The position numbers and the translations under genes were made by a program. This document shows positions 49,145 through 59,081 of a stretch of 64,000 nt of DNA, one piece after another (position 1 is the stretch's first letter; each line of letters starts with the position of its first letter). The DNA is from Vampirovibrio chlorellavorus. Lineage in GTDB: Bacteria > Cyanobacteriota > Vampirovibrionia > Vampirovibrionales > Vampirovibrionaceae. Where the stretch lies: assembly GCA_903866275.1 (NCBI GenBank), contig CAIPMU010000015.1:36084-100083 (forward strand), given 5' to 3'. The notes under the pieces are model-generated. The model worked only from the letters and a program-made list of their open reading frames with translations, was not told where the DNA came from and did not search any database.

Positions 49145-50590
49145 GTGCAAGCCAAGTTTATCGCCAGGCTCCGTGACAAACTGGGGGCGCGCTATGTGCT
49201 GGATCGCCCCGAAGAGTTGGCTGCTTACGATTGTGATGCCTGTGTGCTGATTCAAAAAGCGCCTGAACTGGTGGTGCTGCCTAAAACCACCGAGGAAGTC
49301 GCCTTTGTGGTTCAAACTTGTGTGGAATTTAACATTCCATATACGGCCCGAGGCGCAGGCACCGGGCTATCGGGGGGTGCCTTGCCCATGCAGGGCGGGG
49401 TGCAAATCGGCATAAGCCGTATGGATCGCATTATAGACATCGACGCCCGCAACCAGACCGCCACCGTGGAGATGGGCGTAGTCAATGTCTGGCTGAACGA
49501 GGCCACGAAAGCCGACAGCCTATTTTACGCTCCCGATCCCTCCTCTCAGGTGGCTTGCACGCTGGGCGGCAATATCGCTGAAAATGCAGGGGGCATCCAT
49601 TGTATTAAATACGGCGTGACCACGGATCATATTCTGGCCCTGCAAGTGGTTTTGCCCGATGGCAACGTCACCTGGATTGGCTCGAAAAACCGCCGCAGCC
49701 ACGGCCCCAATTTGGTGGGACTGATGGTGGGCTCTGAGGGCACACTAGGCATCATCACCCAGGCCATCGTACGCTTGACCCCCAAGCCCGAAAGCGTCAA
49801 AGTCTATCTGGCCGCCTTCGATTCGGTGCAAGCTGCCGGGGCCACAGTTTCCAGCATCATTCAACGCGGCCTCCTACCTTCGGCGCTGGAATTTATGGAC
49901 GCCTTTACGGTGCGCGCCGTCAATGAGGCCTTTCATGTGGGCTTCCCCGAGCAGGCCGAAGCGGTTCTCCTGATTGAACTGGACGGCCCCGCCAATGTGG
50001 TCGACCACGATGAGATCACCTTAAACGCTATTCTTAACCAGCATCAGGTCAGCCAGATTCGCGTTGGGGCAACCGAGGCTGAGCGACTAGCCCTCTGGAA
50101 ATCCCGTAAGGCCACTGTGGCCGCTTACGGGCGATACTTACCCGCCTTTTACCTGCACGATTGCGTGATTCCCCGCAGCCAACTGGTGCCTATTCTGGAA
50201 AAAATCGAGGAAGTGGCCCAGCGCTATAAGCTCACCATTGGTAACGTGTTTCACGCCGGGGACGGGAATTTGCACCCCAACATCCTGTTTGATCCCGCCG
50301 ATGCGGTCATGGTGAACAATGCGCTGCGCGGCGGGGAGGAAATCATGCGAGCCTGTCTGGCCGTGGGTGGCACGCTCAGCGGCGAACATGGCATTGGGAT
50401 TGAAAAATCGGCCTACATGCACCTGCAATTTTCGGCGGCCTCGCTGGATAAAATGAAGCTCGTAAAAAACACCTTTGACCCCAAGGGCTTGAGCAACCCG
50501 GAAAAGATTTTCCCCATGCGCACAGGCTGTGGAGAAACCCATGCGGCCACAACTCCCGCCCTGTTTTCGGGAGAAGGCTTATGGATTTGA
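49145..50590 (+). CDS. glcD: Glycolate oxidase FAD-linked subunit GlcD
   Basis: FAD-binding PCMH domain blocks (RGAGTGLSGGA) and FAD-oxidase C-terminal domain. Likely GTG start with an AAGGG RBS. Confidence 0.85.
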   Translation: MQAKFIARLRDKLGARYVLDRPEELAAYDCDACVLIQKAPELVVLPKTTEEVAFVVQTCVEFNIPYTARGAGTGLSGGALPMQGGVQIGISRMDRIIDIDARNQTATVEMGVVNVWLNEATKADSLFYAPDPSSQVACTLGGNIAENAGGIHCIKYGVTTDHILALQVVLPDGNVTWIGSKNRRSHGPNLVGLMVGSEGTLGIITQAIVRLTPKPESVKVYLAAFDSVQAAGATVSSIIQRGLLPSALEFMDAFTVRAVNEAFHVGFPEQAEAVLLIELDGPANVVDHDEITLNAILNQHQVSQIRVGATEAERLALWKSRKATVAAYGRYLPAFYLHDCVIPRSQLVPILEKIEEVAQRYKLTIGNVFHAGDGNLHPNILFDPADAVMVNNALRGGEEIMRACLAVGGTLSGEHGIGIEKSAYMHLQFSAASLDKMKLVKNTFDPKGLSNPEKIFPMRTGCGETHAATTPALFSGEGLWI

Positions 50591-50606
50591 TGAAAGCGGT
50601 TACGCC

Positions 50607-51881
50607 ATGAACACCACCGCCCTGCAAGCGGCCATCAGCGCCCTACACGCCAGCAACCTGGCCCGCCCCTGGGAATTCCAGGGGCAATCGGGTCACAAAC
50701 TAACTCCCGAATGCGCCAGCCAGGTGTCCCAAGTACTGCACTGGGCACAAGAAAACCATTGTCCCATCGCCATAGATTATAGGGATGCCCTCCACATGCC
50801 CCTCCCGGTGTGGCTGGATTTAAGCGCCCTTAAGGGCGTGCGTCAACATCCCGTGGCCGATTTTATCATTGAAGTAGAAACGGGCATCACCTTTGGGGAA
50901 CTGGCCGCGCTGCTGGCTGAACACGGGCAAGCCTTCCCGCTGTCTTATCCCGCCAATACGCTGATTGCCGAAGTATTAGCCGAAGACCGACCCGCTCTGG
51001 AAACCGGCCTACGCGGTGCATTTCGGGATTATGTGCTGAAAACGGAAATCGCCACACCGGACGGCCAACTCACCATCAGCGGGGCCGATGTGGTCAAAAA
51101 CGTGACGGGTTACGATCTGGCCAAGTTGTATGTGGGCGGCCGTCACGCCTTTGGGGTGGTGACTTCGGTCACACTCAAGCTGATGGCCTTGTCCCATGCC
51201 CGGCGCTACTGGCGCTTTGGCTCGGATTCTCTGCAAGCGGGCTGCGCGCTCAGCGAGAAGCTCCTCAGCAATCAGTTGCCGCTCAGCGCCTGCGAAATTT
51301 ATCAGGACGATGCCGGCTGGCAAGTCTTCATCGAGGTTTGCGGCGATGACTGGCTGATGGCAGATACCCAAGCCCTCTTTACCGGCACAGAAAACAGTGG
51401 CAGCTTGCCCGCAAGCCAACACTGGGCCCATAGCCAGAGCGGGCAAGCCCCGCAACGCCTGAAAGAGGAAGAGGGTCAAGCCCTAAAGGCCCAACTGCAA
51501 GGGGAAGCCGATGAAAACACCTGGCTGGAAGTGGCCTTACCACTCTCGCAGTGGAGCGCATTCGCCGTACTGGTCAGCAAGCAATCATCGCTTCAGTCTT
51601 TGCGCTTACAAATTCGGCCTGCCGCCGGACTGGTATACATCAGCGCGCCCATGCTGCCCTCGGCGGCGCTGCAATACCTGAAAACCGAAGCCGAGGCCCT
51701 GGAAGGCTTCGCGCAGATTCTACAGATTTCTTCGACAGATGCCGCCACCCTGTCAGAAGCAGCGGCCATTCTGGCCCAATTCAACCTGCCGGAAGATCCG
51801 ATCGTGCGCCGCTTGCTGAAGGACTTGAAAAAAGGCTATGATCCCCAAGGGATTTTGCACACCCCGCGCTTACCGCTATAA
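50607..51881 (+). CDS. glcE: Glycolate oxidase FAD-binding subunit GlcE
   Basis: FAD_binding_4-like N-terminal region (VKNVTGYDLAKLYVGGRHAFGVV). It lies between glcD and glcF. The start at MNTTALQ avoids overlap with glcD. Confidence 0.75.
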   Translation: MNTTALQAAISALHASNLARPWEFQGQSGHKLTPECASQVSQVLHWAQENHCPIAIDYRDALHMPLPVWLDLSALKGVRQHPVADFIIEVETGITFGELAALLAEHGQAFPLSYPANTLIAEVLAEDRPALETGLRGAFRDYVLKTEIATPDGQLTISGADVVKNVTGYDLAKLYVGGRHAFGVVTSVTLKLMALSHARRYWRFGSDSLQAGCALSEKLLSNQLPLSACEIYQDDAGWQVFIEVCGDDWLMADTQALFTGTENSGSLPASQHWAHSQSGQAPQRLKEEEGQALKAQLQGEADENTWLEVALPLSQWSAFAVLVSKQSSLQSLRLQIRPAAGLVYISAPMLPSAALQYLKTEAEALEGFAQILQISSTDAATLSEAAAILAQFNLPEDPIVRRLLKDLKKGYDPQGILHTPRLPL

Positions 51882-51898
51882 CACTGGTTTAACCCCAC

Positions 51899-53191
51899 AT
51901 GACCCCACCCCCCTTAACCCATCTGCAACTTGAGCTGGATAAGCTCAAATCCTGCATCCACTGCGGGATGTGCCTACCCGCGTGCCCCACCTACCGGGTC
52001 ACAGGCTCCGAGGCTGAGTCTCCCCGTGGGCGGCTGTACCTGATGAAAAAGCTCCTGGAAGGGGAGTTATCGCCGGAGGCCATTGCGCCCCATCTGGATC
52101 AGTGTCTGGCCTGCCACGCCTGCGAAACGGTTTGCCCGTCGGGGGTGCAATACGGCAAGGTGCTAATGGGTGCCCGTGAAGATTTAGCCCAGCACAACTC
52201 CAGCTTTAAGCGGCGCTTCAAACGCTTTGTGTTTCAAAAGATATTACCCAACCCGGAAATCATGCACGGGGGTGGCCTTCTGGTGAGAACTTATCAACAA
52301 AGCGGGCTGCAATGGCTGGTGCGTGCCACGGGATTACTCAAGCTCTTCCCCTTTGGCATCAGTGGGCAGGAAGCCTTATTGCCCGCAGTCCCCAAGCATA
52401 AACCCCTGAAAGCAGGCATGCAGTTTGGCGACCCCATGGGCGAGCCGGTGGCCCTACTCACGGGCTGCGCAATGGATGTGTTCTATAACAACGTGCACTG
52501 GGACACCCTTGAGGTGCTGGTGGCCAACGGTTACCGGGTTACCATTCCCGAGCAACACTGCTGCGGGGCGCTGGCCCACCATGCAGGAGAAACGGACATC
52601 ACCCGCGAACTGGCCCGCCTGAACGTGGATGATATTCTGGCCAGCCAACCCGTCTGGATCGTGCTGAACTCCAGCGGCTGCGGCTCAACGCTAAAAGAAT
52701 ACGGGCAACTACTGGGCAGCGATACGCTGTACGGGGAACGCGCCCGCCAGTTCTCGGCCAAAGTGGTGGATATTATGGAGCTGCTGGCCAAAAAGCCGCT
52801 GGCCCCCTTCAAGAACTACGCCCTGCACGAAACCATCACCTATCACGCGGCCTGCCACCTCTATCATGTGCAAAAAGTGAAAAACGAGCCCATTTCACTG
52901 CTGGCCCAAGTGCCCGGCATTCAACTGGTGCCCCTGACGAATGCGGAAACCTGCTGCGGGAGCGCGGGGATCTATAATATAGAACAGCCTGAACTGAGCG
53001 GCGAAATTTTGGAAAACAAAATGGAGCACCTGAAAACGGCCTGCCTCGGCATGGGTGCCACGACCGTGGTGACAGGGAACCCCGGCTGCCTGCTGCAACT
53101 GCAAAGCGGCATCAACAAGCATCAACTGCCCATGAAAGTGCGCCATCCCATTTCGGTTCTGGCCGACGGGTACCGAAACCCGAGCCCCTAA
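51899..53191 (+). CDS. glcF: Glycolate oxidase iron-sulfur subunit GlcF
   Basis: Two 4Fe-4S ferredoxin motifs (CIHCGMCLPACP, CLACHACETVCP) plus CCG-domain cysteines (CCGA, CCGS). Confidence 0.85.
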   Translation: MTPPPLTHLQLELDKLKSCIHCGMCLPACPTYRVTGSEAESPRGRLYLMKKLLEGELSPEAIAPHLDQCLACHACETVCPSGVQYGKVLMGAREDLAQHNSSFKRRFKRFVFQKILPNPEIMHGGGLLVRTYQQSGLQWLVRATGLLKLFPFGISGQEALLPAVPKHKPLKAGMQFGDPMGEPVALLTGCAMDVFYNNVHWDTLEVLVANGYRVTIPEQHCCGALAHHAGETDITRELARLNVDDILASQPVWIVLNSSGCGSTLKEYGQLLGSDTLYGERARQFSAKVVDIMELLAKKPLAPFKNYALHETITYHAACHLYHVQKVKNEPISLLAQVPGIQLVPLTNAETCCGSAGIYNIEQPELSGEILENKMEHLKTACLGMGATTVVTGNPGCLLQLQSGINKHQLPMKVRHPISVLADGYRNPSP

Positions 53192-53278
53192 AAAAGCCAG
53201 TCCCTAAAATCAAAGACCACCCAAAAGCACACAACAAAAAGTACAACAGCAAAAACACAACAAAGGGAACATCCACGC

Positions 53279-54193
53279 ATGCGTGACGGTTTAAAGGTCG
53301 GGGAACAAGTTGAGCTTTCCATTACGGTGGATGAGCGCATGCGGGCCAGTTTGCTGGGGCAGCCGGTGCACCCTCTCTATGGGACGGCGGCCATGATTGA
53401 GCATATGGAATGGGCCGCGCGCCAGCATATTCTGCCCTATCTGGAGCCCGGCGAAGAGGGCGTGGGGCATCATGTGGCTGTCAAACACCTCGCCCCCGCA
53501 CCCATTGGGGCGGTCATCCGCATTCAATCCACGGTGAGCGAGATTCAACCCCGCCGAGTGACCAGCCAGGTGAAGGCCTGGTGGGAAAGCACACTGATTG
53601 GCGAAGGAACACTGATACAAGCGCTAGTTCTCACCGAAAAACTTTATGCCTGCGCCAACCCTCAGCCTGCAGAAGGCAAGCACCCCGCGCAGCCCCAACC
53701 TACCGCTGCTGAGATCCACTTAGAAGAGGCTTCAGCTCCGCCACCAGCCCAGCTAAAAGACGCGCAGGGAACCGTAATCTTTCAGCTGGAAGTGCTGAGA
53801 TGGGAAAATGGCATGTTCGCCTGCACCCGCTACGATGAATGGCTGGTGTGCCGAGCCGTCGTGGGAACCAAATCGGGGGAAGCCACCGCCACGCAAGCAG
53901 AGCAAGTCCACCACGAAGGAGCGTTCTTGCTGCGCTATGAACTTGAAGAGCTCCTAGAAACGATGCAAGCCTTAGCTCAACAAACGAAAACCACTTACCA
54001 GTCCGATTTTTTAGAGCCTCTGCTTTGGATAGCCCTACAACCTGAAGGGCAGAACGCCTATGCCTGTGACCTCCAGCTCACGCCCCCCGAGCAGGAGACA
54101 CAACCACGCCACACCCTCATCCCCCTGAAAGCATTGCAACAGTTCGCACAACAACTCAGCGCACAGATGGAGGGCTTTCCCAGCCGTCTGTAA
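53279..54193 (+). CDS. Hotdog-fold thioesterase (FlK-like) fused to an uncharacterised roughly 170-aa C-terminal region
   Basis: The N-terminal 125 aa closely follow the FlK/thioesterase pattern (MRDGLKVGE..., YLEPGEEGVGHHVAVKHLAPAPIG...). The remainder has no recognisable motif. Confidence 0.55.
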   Translation: MRDGLKVGEQVELSITVDERMRASLLGQPVHPLYGTAAMIEHMEWAARQHILPYLEPGEEGVGHHVAVKHLAPAPIGAVIRIQSTVSEIQPRRVTSQVKAWWESTLIGEGTLIQALVLTEKLYACANPQPAEGKHPAQPQPTAAEIHLEEASAPPPAQLKDAQGTVIFQLEVLRWENGMFACTRYDEWLVCRAVVGTKSGEATATQAEQVHHEGAFLLRYELEELLETMQALAQQTKTTYQSDFLEPLLWIALQPEGQNAYACDLQLTPPEQETQPRHTLIPLKALQQFAQQLSAQMEGFPSRL

Positions 54194-54302
54194 TGGCTCA
54201 GAGGGATACATTTTTTGAAATTCCATTTAAACCTAACAACAAAATCGATTGCTTTGTTTTTATCCGTATAACGTCAGTCAGCAATCAGGATGGAACCCCC
54301 AC

Positions 54303-55208
54303 ATGCCCTTAGACATTCCCAATGTGGTAGCCGGTACGGCCACATCAGGCTCCGAGCCCGGCGCGTATGGCCAGAGTGCTTGCAAGAAATATTACGATTT
54401 CACCCAACAGGCAAAAGATGTCTATCAGACCACGGGCAAGCCAGAACCACTCGCAGCGGTCGCAAACGCATCCATTCGCTACACCCCGACTGGCACAACA
54501 GCCAAAGGACGCAACACACTCGAAGCGGTCAACAACGCCATTGGCTATGCCAAAGCAGATATTCAAAAACAAGATCTGGACGGGGACGGTGCCATCAGCC
54601 GCGACGAATTGAAAACCAATTTTAAGCAACCCTTTATCGACAAAATCGAACACTTAACCAAACTGGATGCTGCAGTCCAAGCCGATCCCACGATTGCTCA
54701 AGCTCGAAAAGCACAAGTGCTGACTGCCATCGATAACCGCTGTCAAGACATCACCACGGAAGCGAACGAAGCCCAAGTCAAGGCCGCTAACTTTTTTGCA
54801 GCCGTCGATGTGAAAGACGCACAAGGAAGCAGTGACGGCAAGCTCACCGCCGATGAAATGGCAGCCAAACTACTCTTTGACGATGCCGCAGTGGATATGT
54901 TTAACGATCATCAGGAAAGCTATCAAACCATCATTAACGGGCTAGAGCAAAAAACCGATTATACGGAGCACGGTGGCCCCAGCTTTGAAACCTTAAAATC
55001 CCAGATTGATACCATCCAACAGAATCCGAAAGATAAACAACAACCTTTGGCCCAAGACGGACAAATCACCGTGGATGAACGCGATATTGCAGATCACCTG
55101 GTTGATGCGCCCATTCCCACCAACCAAATTATTTCAACCATCCACAGTGCACTCGATCTGAAAAACAGGGTAAGCACCCCGCTTCCAGCTGCTTCTAGCC
55201 AGACTTAA
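54303..55208 (+). CDS. EF-hand-like calcium-binding motif protein (hypothetical)
   Basis: Canonical EF loop DLDGDGAISRDEL and a second loop-like DVKDAQGSSDGKLTADEM. Otherwise low complexity, with no signal peptide. Confidence 0.45.
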   Translation: MPLDIPNVVAGTATSGSEPGAYGQSACKKYYDFTQQAKDVYQTTGKPEPLAAVANASIRYTPTGTTAKGRNTLEAVNNAIGYAKADIQKQDLDGDGAISRDELKTNFKQPFIDKIEHLTKLDAAVQADPTIAQARKAQVLTAIDNRCQDITTEANEAQVKAANFFAAVDVKDAQGSSDGKLTADEMAAKLLFDDAAVDMFNDHQESYQTIINGLEQKTDYTEHGGPSFETLKSQIDTIQQNPKDKQQPLAQDGQITVDERDIADHLVDAPIPTNQIISTIHSALDLKNRVSTPLPAASSQT

Positions 55209-55280
55209 ATGGCTTGGGTTCTGCCTCACAGGGTTGAAATCCTGTTCTAGTGACAGGCTATTAAAAACAGATTCACACAC

Positions 55281-55327
55281 ACAACAGCCAAGCCCCGCAG
55301 CAGGAGCAGGCTGTTGTTTTCGTTTTT
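55281..55327 (+). terminator. Rho-independent terminator after EF-hand protein gene
   Basis: ACAACAGCC-19 nt-GGCTGTTGT stem followed by TTTTCGTTTTT. Confidence 0.7.
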
Positions 55328-55596
55328 ACAATCTCCCCTTTATCAGGGATGCCTATAGTGATCATGTAATTCCAAATGCAAATTTGAATTAAGCCCCGCT
55401 CTATCACTTGAAAAATATCTATGCCAGAATACTTTGTGCTGAGCAATATGCAGCAGTGCGTTTAATCCATTGATTCTTTTCATACGCTGCATACAATGAT
55501 CCTGACAGCGTTTTAGACCTTTCACAAGACTTTCCGGTTTCATGTTCAGCATTTGATCTTTTAGCATTCATTTTTTCAGAAAAGAGGGACAAGGCG

Positions 55597-55938
55597 ATGA
55601 GCAATACAGTGGCCAAGCTGTTTGTGTTTTATAACGTGCCGGAAGCGGATCAAGCCGTGTTTGATCAGCAGTATCAGGACAGCCACATCCCGCTAGCCAA
55701 GAAGATTCCCGGCTTGCGTAACATGGATCTGGCCCGCAAACCCCGCAACCTGATGGGCGGCAGCAGCCCGTATCATTTAATCGCCACGCTAACCTTCGAC
55801 AACATGGCCGCCCTCAAGGCAGGCATGGGCTCCCCTGAAGGGCAGGAAGCCGGTAACAATATCATGAGCTTTGCTTCGAATTACATCACCATGCTGTCCT
55901 CTGAAGTGGAAGTCACTGAAAGCACGGCGGTGCACTAA
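55597..55938 (+). CDS. EthD/Dabb-like small alpha+beta barrel protein
   Basis: 113 aa. KLFVFYNVPEADQAVFDQQY...HIPLAKKIPGL pattern typical of EthD-domain proteins. First gene of the CoA-pathway cluster. Confidence 0.5.
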   Translation: MSNTVAKLFVFYNVPEADQAVFDQQYQDSHIPLAKKIPGLRNMDLARKPRNLMGGSSPYHLIATLTFDNMAALKAGMGSPEGQEAGNNIMSFASNYITMLSSEVEVTESTAVH

Positions 55939-55941
55939 AGC

Positions 55942-56832
55942 ATGTCGATCCAGTCCAGCCCGGCACATGCCGGTATCCAACCCAAAGCCGGCGACAGCTT
56001 TGGCTTTGAAATGATTCGGTATGAAAAATATAATGGGCGCGCCAAAATCACCATCAACCGGCCGCAAGTGTATAACGCGTTCAATTTTCAAACCTTCAAG
56101 GAAATGACCCGCGCAGTCGAAGACGCCTCCTGGGATGACAGCATCGGGGTGCTAATTCTCACTGGGGCTGGGGATAAAGCCTTTTGCACCGGCGCGGACA
56201 TGAAAGAGCAGAACGAGTACTTCGGCCAACGCCCCAAAGACTACTGGAAGTGGATGGGCGGATTTATTGATCTGCATGAAAAACTGCGCACGCTGGGCAA
56301 GCCCAGTATTGCCCGCCTGAACGGTATTGTGGTGGGTGGCGGCAACGAACTCAATATGGCTTGCGATCTGGCCATTGCCGCCGATGATATTTATATTCGC
56401 CAAGTGGGCACGGCACATGGATCGGTAGCCGCAGCAGGGGCAACCCAATGGCTGCCCATTATTGTGGGTGATCGTCGGGCAAGAGAAATTCTCCTACTCT
56501 GCGAAGAAATTCCGGTGCAAAAAGCATTGGAATGGGGGCTGGTGAATCAGGTCGTGCCGCGCGCACAACTGGATGCCGCCGTGGAAGCCATGGCCGATAA
56601 GTTGCTGAACAAGCTTCCCGAGTGCACCCGTTACACCAAGCAGCAACTCAACTTCTGGCGAGATCTCTCATGGGGCATGACCTTACCGCATGCCCGCGAG
56701 TGGCTGACCGCGCATGCCGGGAGTGTTGAGGCCATTGAAGGCTCGCTGGCCTTTGTGGAAAAGCGTAAACCCCGTTACAGCGCCATTCGAAACGGTGAAC
56801 TGGACGCACTAAATGTTAAGAATTCGCGTTAA
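55942..56832 (+). CDS. Crotonase-superfamily enzyme closely resembling MenB/BadI (naphthoate synthase or 2-ketocyclohexanecarboxyl-CoA hydrolase type)
   Basis: Near-identical blocks to MenB (IRYEKYNGRAKITINRPQVYNAF, VLILTGAGDKAFCTGADMK, NGIVVGGGNELNMACDLAIAADD, FVEKRKP). Confidence 0.75.
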   Translation: MSIQSSPAHAGIQPKAGDSFGFEMIRYEKYNGRAKITINRPQVYNAFNFQTFKEMTRAVEDASWDDSIGVLILTGAGDKAFCTGADMKEQNEYFGQRPKDYWKWMGGFIDLHEKLRTLGKPSIARLNGIVVGGGNELNMACDLAIAADDIYIRQVGTAHGSVAAAGATQWLPIIVGDRRAREILLLCEEIPVQKALEWGLVNQVVPRAQLDAAVEAMADKLLNKLPECTRYTKQQLNFWRDLSWGMTLPHAREWLTAHAGSVEAIEGSLAFVEKRKPRYSAIRNGELDALNVKNSR

Positions 56833-56916
56833 TTGTAGCCGCTACGAGTGACCCCGTAGTATCTTTAAGGTATCTAACAGGTCATTGAGAGGACCAAGCA
56901 TTAGAGGACAACCCTA

Positions 56917-57240
56917 ATGGATCCCATGAGCCCACGTGTACAACATGTTTTGCGGTTTTCTGGTGTTGACAATCACGACCAGGTATTGAAAGCACTAGAG
57001 ACCAGCCGTCTTCGGCAAGACTCCGTCAATCTGTTTGGCGGCGATACCCAAGTGGATATGTTTGTCCGGAAAGATACGGCAACCCTGGAAATTTCAGCCA
57101 ATAAATCCAGTGCCCTTCACTTTGCCGGTGGTTTTGTGCGTGCCTTGTACCGCGAAACCACAGGACACGATCCCAAGCCCACCCTGATCAACGGGCCCGC
57201 TTGCGATCTGTTTGAGCGGACTATTGGCAGCAACAACTAA
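56917..57240 (+). CDS. Hypothetical 107-aa protein in CoA-pathway cluster
   Basis: Its stop overlaps the start of the next crotonase gene (TAATG). No recognisable motif and no similarity to PaaB was seen by eye. Confidence 0.35.
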   Translation: MDPMSPRVQHVLRFSGVDNHDQVLKALETSRLRQDSVNLFGGDTQVDMFVRKDTATLEISANKSSALHFAGGFVRALYRETTGHDPKPTLINGPACDLFERTIGSNN

Positions 57241-58037
57241 TGGCGATTCCCCTGCATCGGCAAACCCAATACCAATACTTGCTGGTCAGCCAGGAAGGGC
57301 GAGTGGGTACTGTTCAACTCAACCGGCCTGATGTGCTGAATGCGCTCAGTCCAGATTTGATGATTGAACTGGTGGATGCGCTGGAAGTTTTTGATGCCGA
57401 TAACCAGATCGGCTGTATCGTACTCACCGGTGGTCCCAAAGTGTTCGCTGCCGGGGCGGACATCAAGCGCATGGCCAACGCGTCAGCCATTGACATGCTG
57501 ACGCTGGATCAGTTGGCTCGTTGGGATCGCATTCGCAAATTACACAAGCCTGTCGTCGCAGCCATTAACGGCTACGCACTAGGCGGTGGTTGTGAACTGG
57601 CCATGATGTGCGACATGATTATCGCAGGCGAAAACGCCAAATTCGGCCAACCGGAAATCAATATTGGCGTGATCCCCGGAGCCGGTGGCACACAGCGCCT
57701 CACCCGCGCGGTGGGCAAGGCCAAAGCGATGGAACTGATTTTAACCGGACGTCTGTTTGATGCCCAGGAAGCCCTGAGCATGGGCCTCATCAACACCATT
57801 ACCCCGCCAGAACTGACAATGGAAACTGCCCAGCAACTCGCCCAAACCATCGCGGAAAAACCCGCCGTTGCAGTTCGATTGGGGAAAGAAGCCATTTTAA
57901 AAGCCTTCGATACCACCATGGAGGGCGGGCTGGACTACGAGCGCAAACTGTTCTACCTGCTCTTTGCCTCCGAAGACCAAAAAGAGGGTATGCAGGCCTT
58001 CATGGAAAAGCGTGCTCCTGATTGGACTAACGCTTAA
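57240..58037 (+). CDS. Enoyl-CoA hydratase (short-chain crotonase, PaaF-like)
   Basis: VLTGGPKVFAAGADIK, INGYALGGGCELAMMCDMIIAGENAKFGQPE, catalytic Glu positions conserved. Confidence 0.85.
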   Translation: MAIPLHRQTQYQYLLVSQEGRVGTVQLNRPDVLNALSPDLMIELVDALEVFDADNQIGCIVLTGGPKVFAAGADIKRMANASAIDMLTLDQLARWDRIRKLHKPVVAAINGYALGGGCELAMMCDMIIAGENAKFGQPEINIGVIPGAGGTQRLTRAVGKAKAMELILTGRLFDAQEALSMGLINTITPPELTMETAQQLAQTIAEKPAVAVRLGKEAILKAFDTTMEGGLDYERKLFYLLFASEDQKEGMQAFMEKRAPDWTNA

Positions 58038-58139
58038 GCGCTATAAGCTAACAGAGCTAAAAAAAGGCCACAAAAACTGGAAACGTGTGACGGGGCAGAA
58101 TACTCTAGCATTCATTGAAGACACAAGGAGCAAGCGCGG

Positions 58140-58937
58140 ATGGCCGGTTTTGAATTTTTGCTGAATGAACTGGATGAGCACGGGGTTTTGACCCTGACTT
58201 TAAACCGCGCGGATTGCCTGAACGCCTTCAACGATGAAATGAGCTTTGAGCTGCAAAAAGCGTTGAAGGACGCCGAAAAAAACGCGGATGTGCGCAGCAT
58301 TGTGCTCACAGGTGCCGGGCGTGGCTTTAGTGCCGGGCAAGATCTCCGCAGCCGCAGCGTGGCAGCCAACGGGGCGACACCGCATTTGGGCGATTCCATT
58401 CGCGAGCGATACAGCCCCATTATCAGCAAATTGCGCAGCATGGAAAAACCCGTTCTGGCCAGCATCAACGGGGTCGCAGCCGGTGCGGGAGCCAGCCTGG
58501 CCTTTGCCTGCGATTTACGCATTGCCAACAGTTCGGCCAAATTTATTCAGGCCTTCGTGAAAGTAGGCCTCATCCCGGATTCGGCGGCCTGCTGGCTGCT
58601 GCCCCGTCTGGTGGGTTTTGGCAGGGCCATGGAACTGGCCCTGCTGGGTGATGTCATCTCGGCGGACACCGCGCTGCAATGGGGACTGGTCAATCAGGTG
58701 GTGCCGGATGACCAACTGACCGTTGCCACCCAGCAACTGGCCCAGCAACTGGCGCAAGGCCCCACCCAAGCCATAGGCCTGATTAAGCGCGCCATGAACA
58801 AGGCTATGTCGGTGGATTTGGATACCTATCTGGCCTATGAAGCCAACTTGCAGGAAATCGCCGGACGCACCCACGACTATCAGGAAGGCGTCAGCGCCTT
58901 TTTGGAAAAACGCCCCGCCCAATTTGCGGGTCGTTAA
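58140..58937 (+). CDS. paaG: PaaG-like enoyl-CoA isomerase/hydratase
   Basis: The N-terminus FEFLLNELDEHGVLTLTLNRADCLNAFNDEM...VLTGAGRGFSAGQDL closely parallels PaaG (1,2-epoxyphenylacetyl-CoA isomerase). Confidence 0.75.
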   Translation: MAGFEFLLNELDEHGVLTLTLNRADCLNAFNDEMSFELQKALKDAEKNADVRSIVLTGAGRGFSAGQDLRSRSVAANGATPHLGDSIRERYSPIISKLRSMEKPVLASINGVAAGAGASLAFACDLRIANSSAKFIQAFVKVGLIPDSAACWLLPRLVGFGRAMELALLGDVISADTALQWGLVNQVVPDDQLTVATQQLAQQLAQGPTQAIGLIKRAMNKAMSVDLDTYLAYEANLQEIAGRTHDYQEGVSAFLEKRPAQFAGR

Positions 58938-59081
58938 AGCATCATGAATCTGGCCGGTTGAATCGCCTCAAAACAAATCTGTCTGAGAGGGGTTAAAACT
59001 GATGTGCCCTTGGGCTACAATGTGCATTGAGGGGGCTCACTCTAGGAAGTGCCCCATTGGTTTTTTCAGGAGGGGATTTTC

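Noticed and set aside
56917-57240. 107-aa ORF as PaaB
   Set aside because: No similarity to the conserved PaaB sequence could be seen by eye, and the size is only roughly similar. Left as hypothetical, though a formal PF06243 search is warranted.
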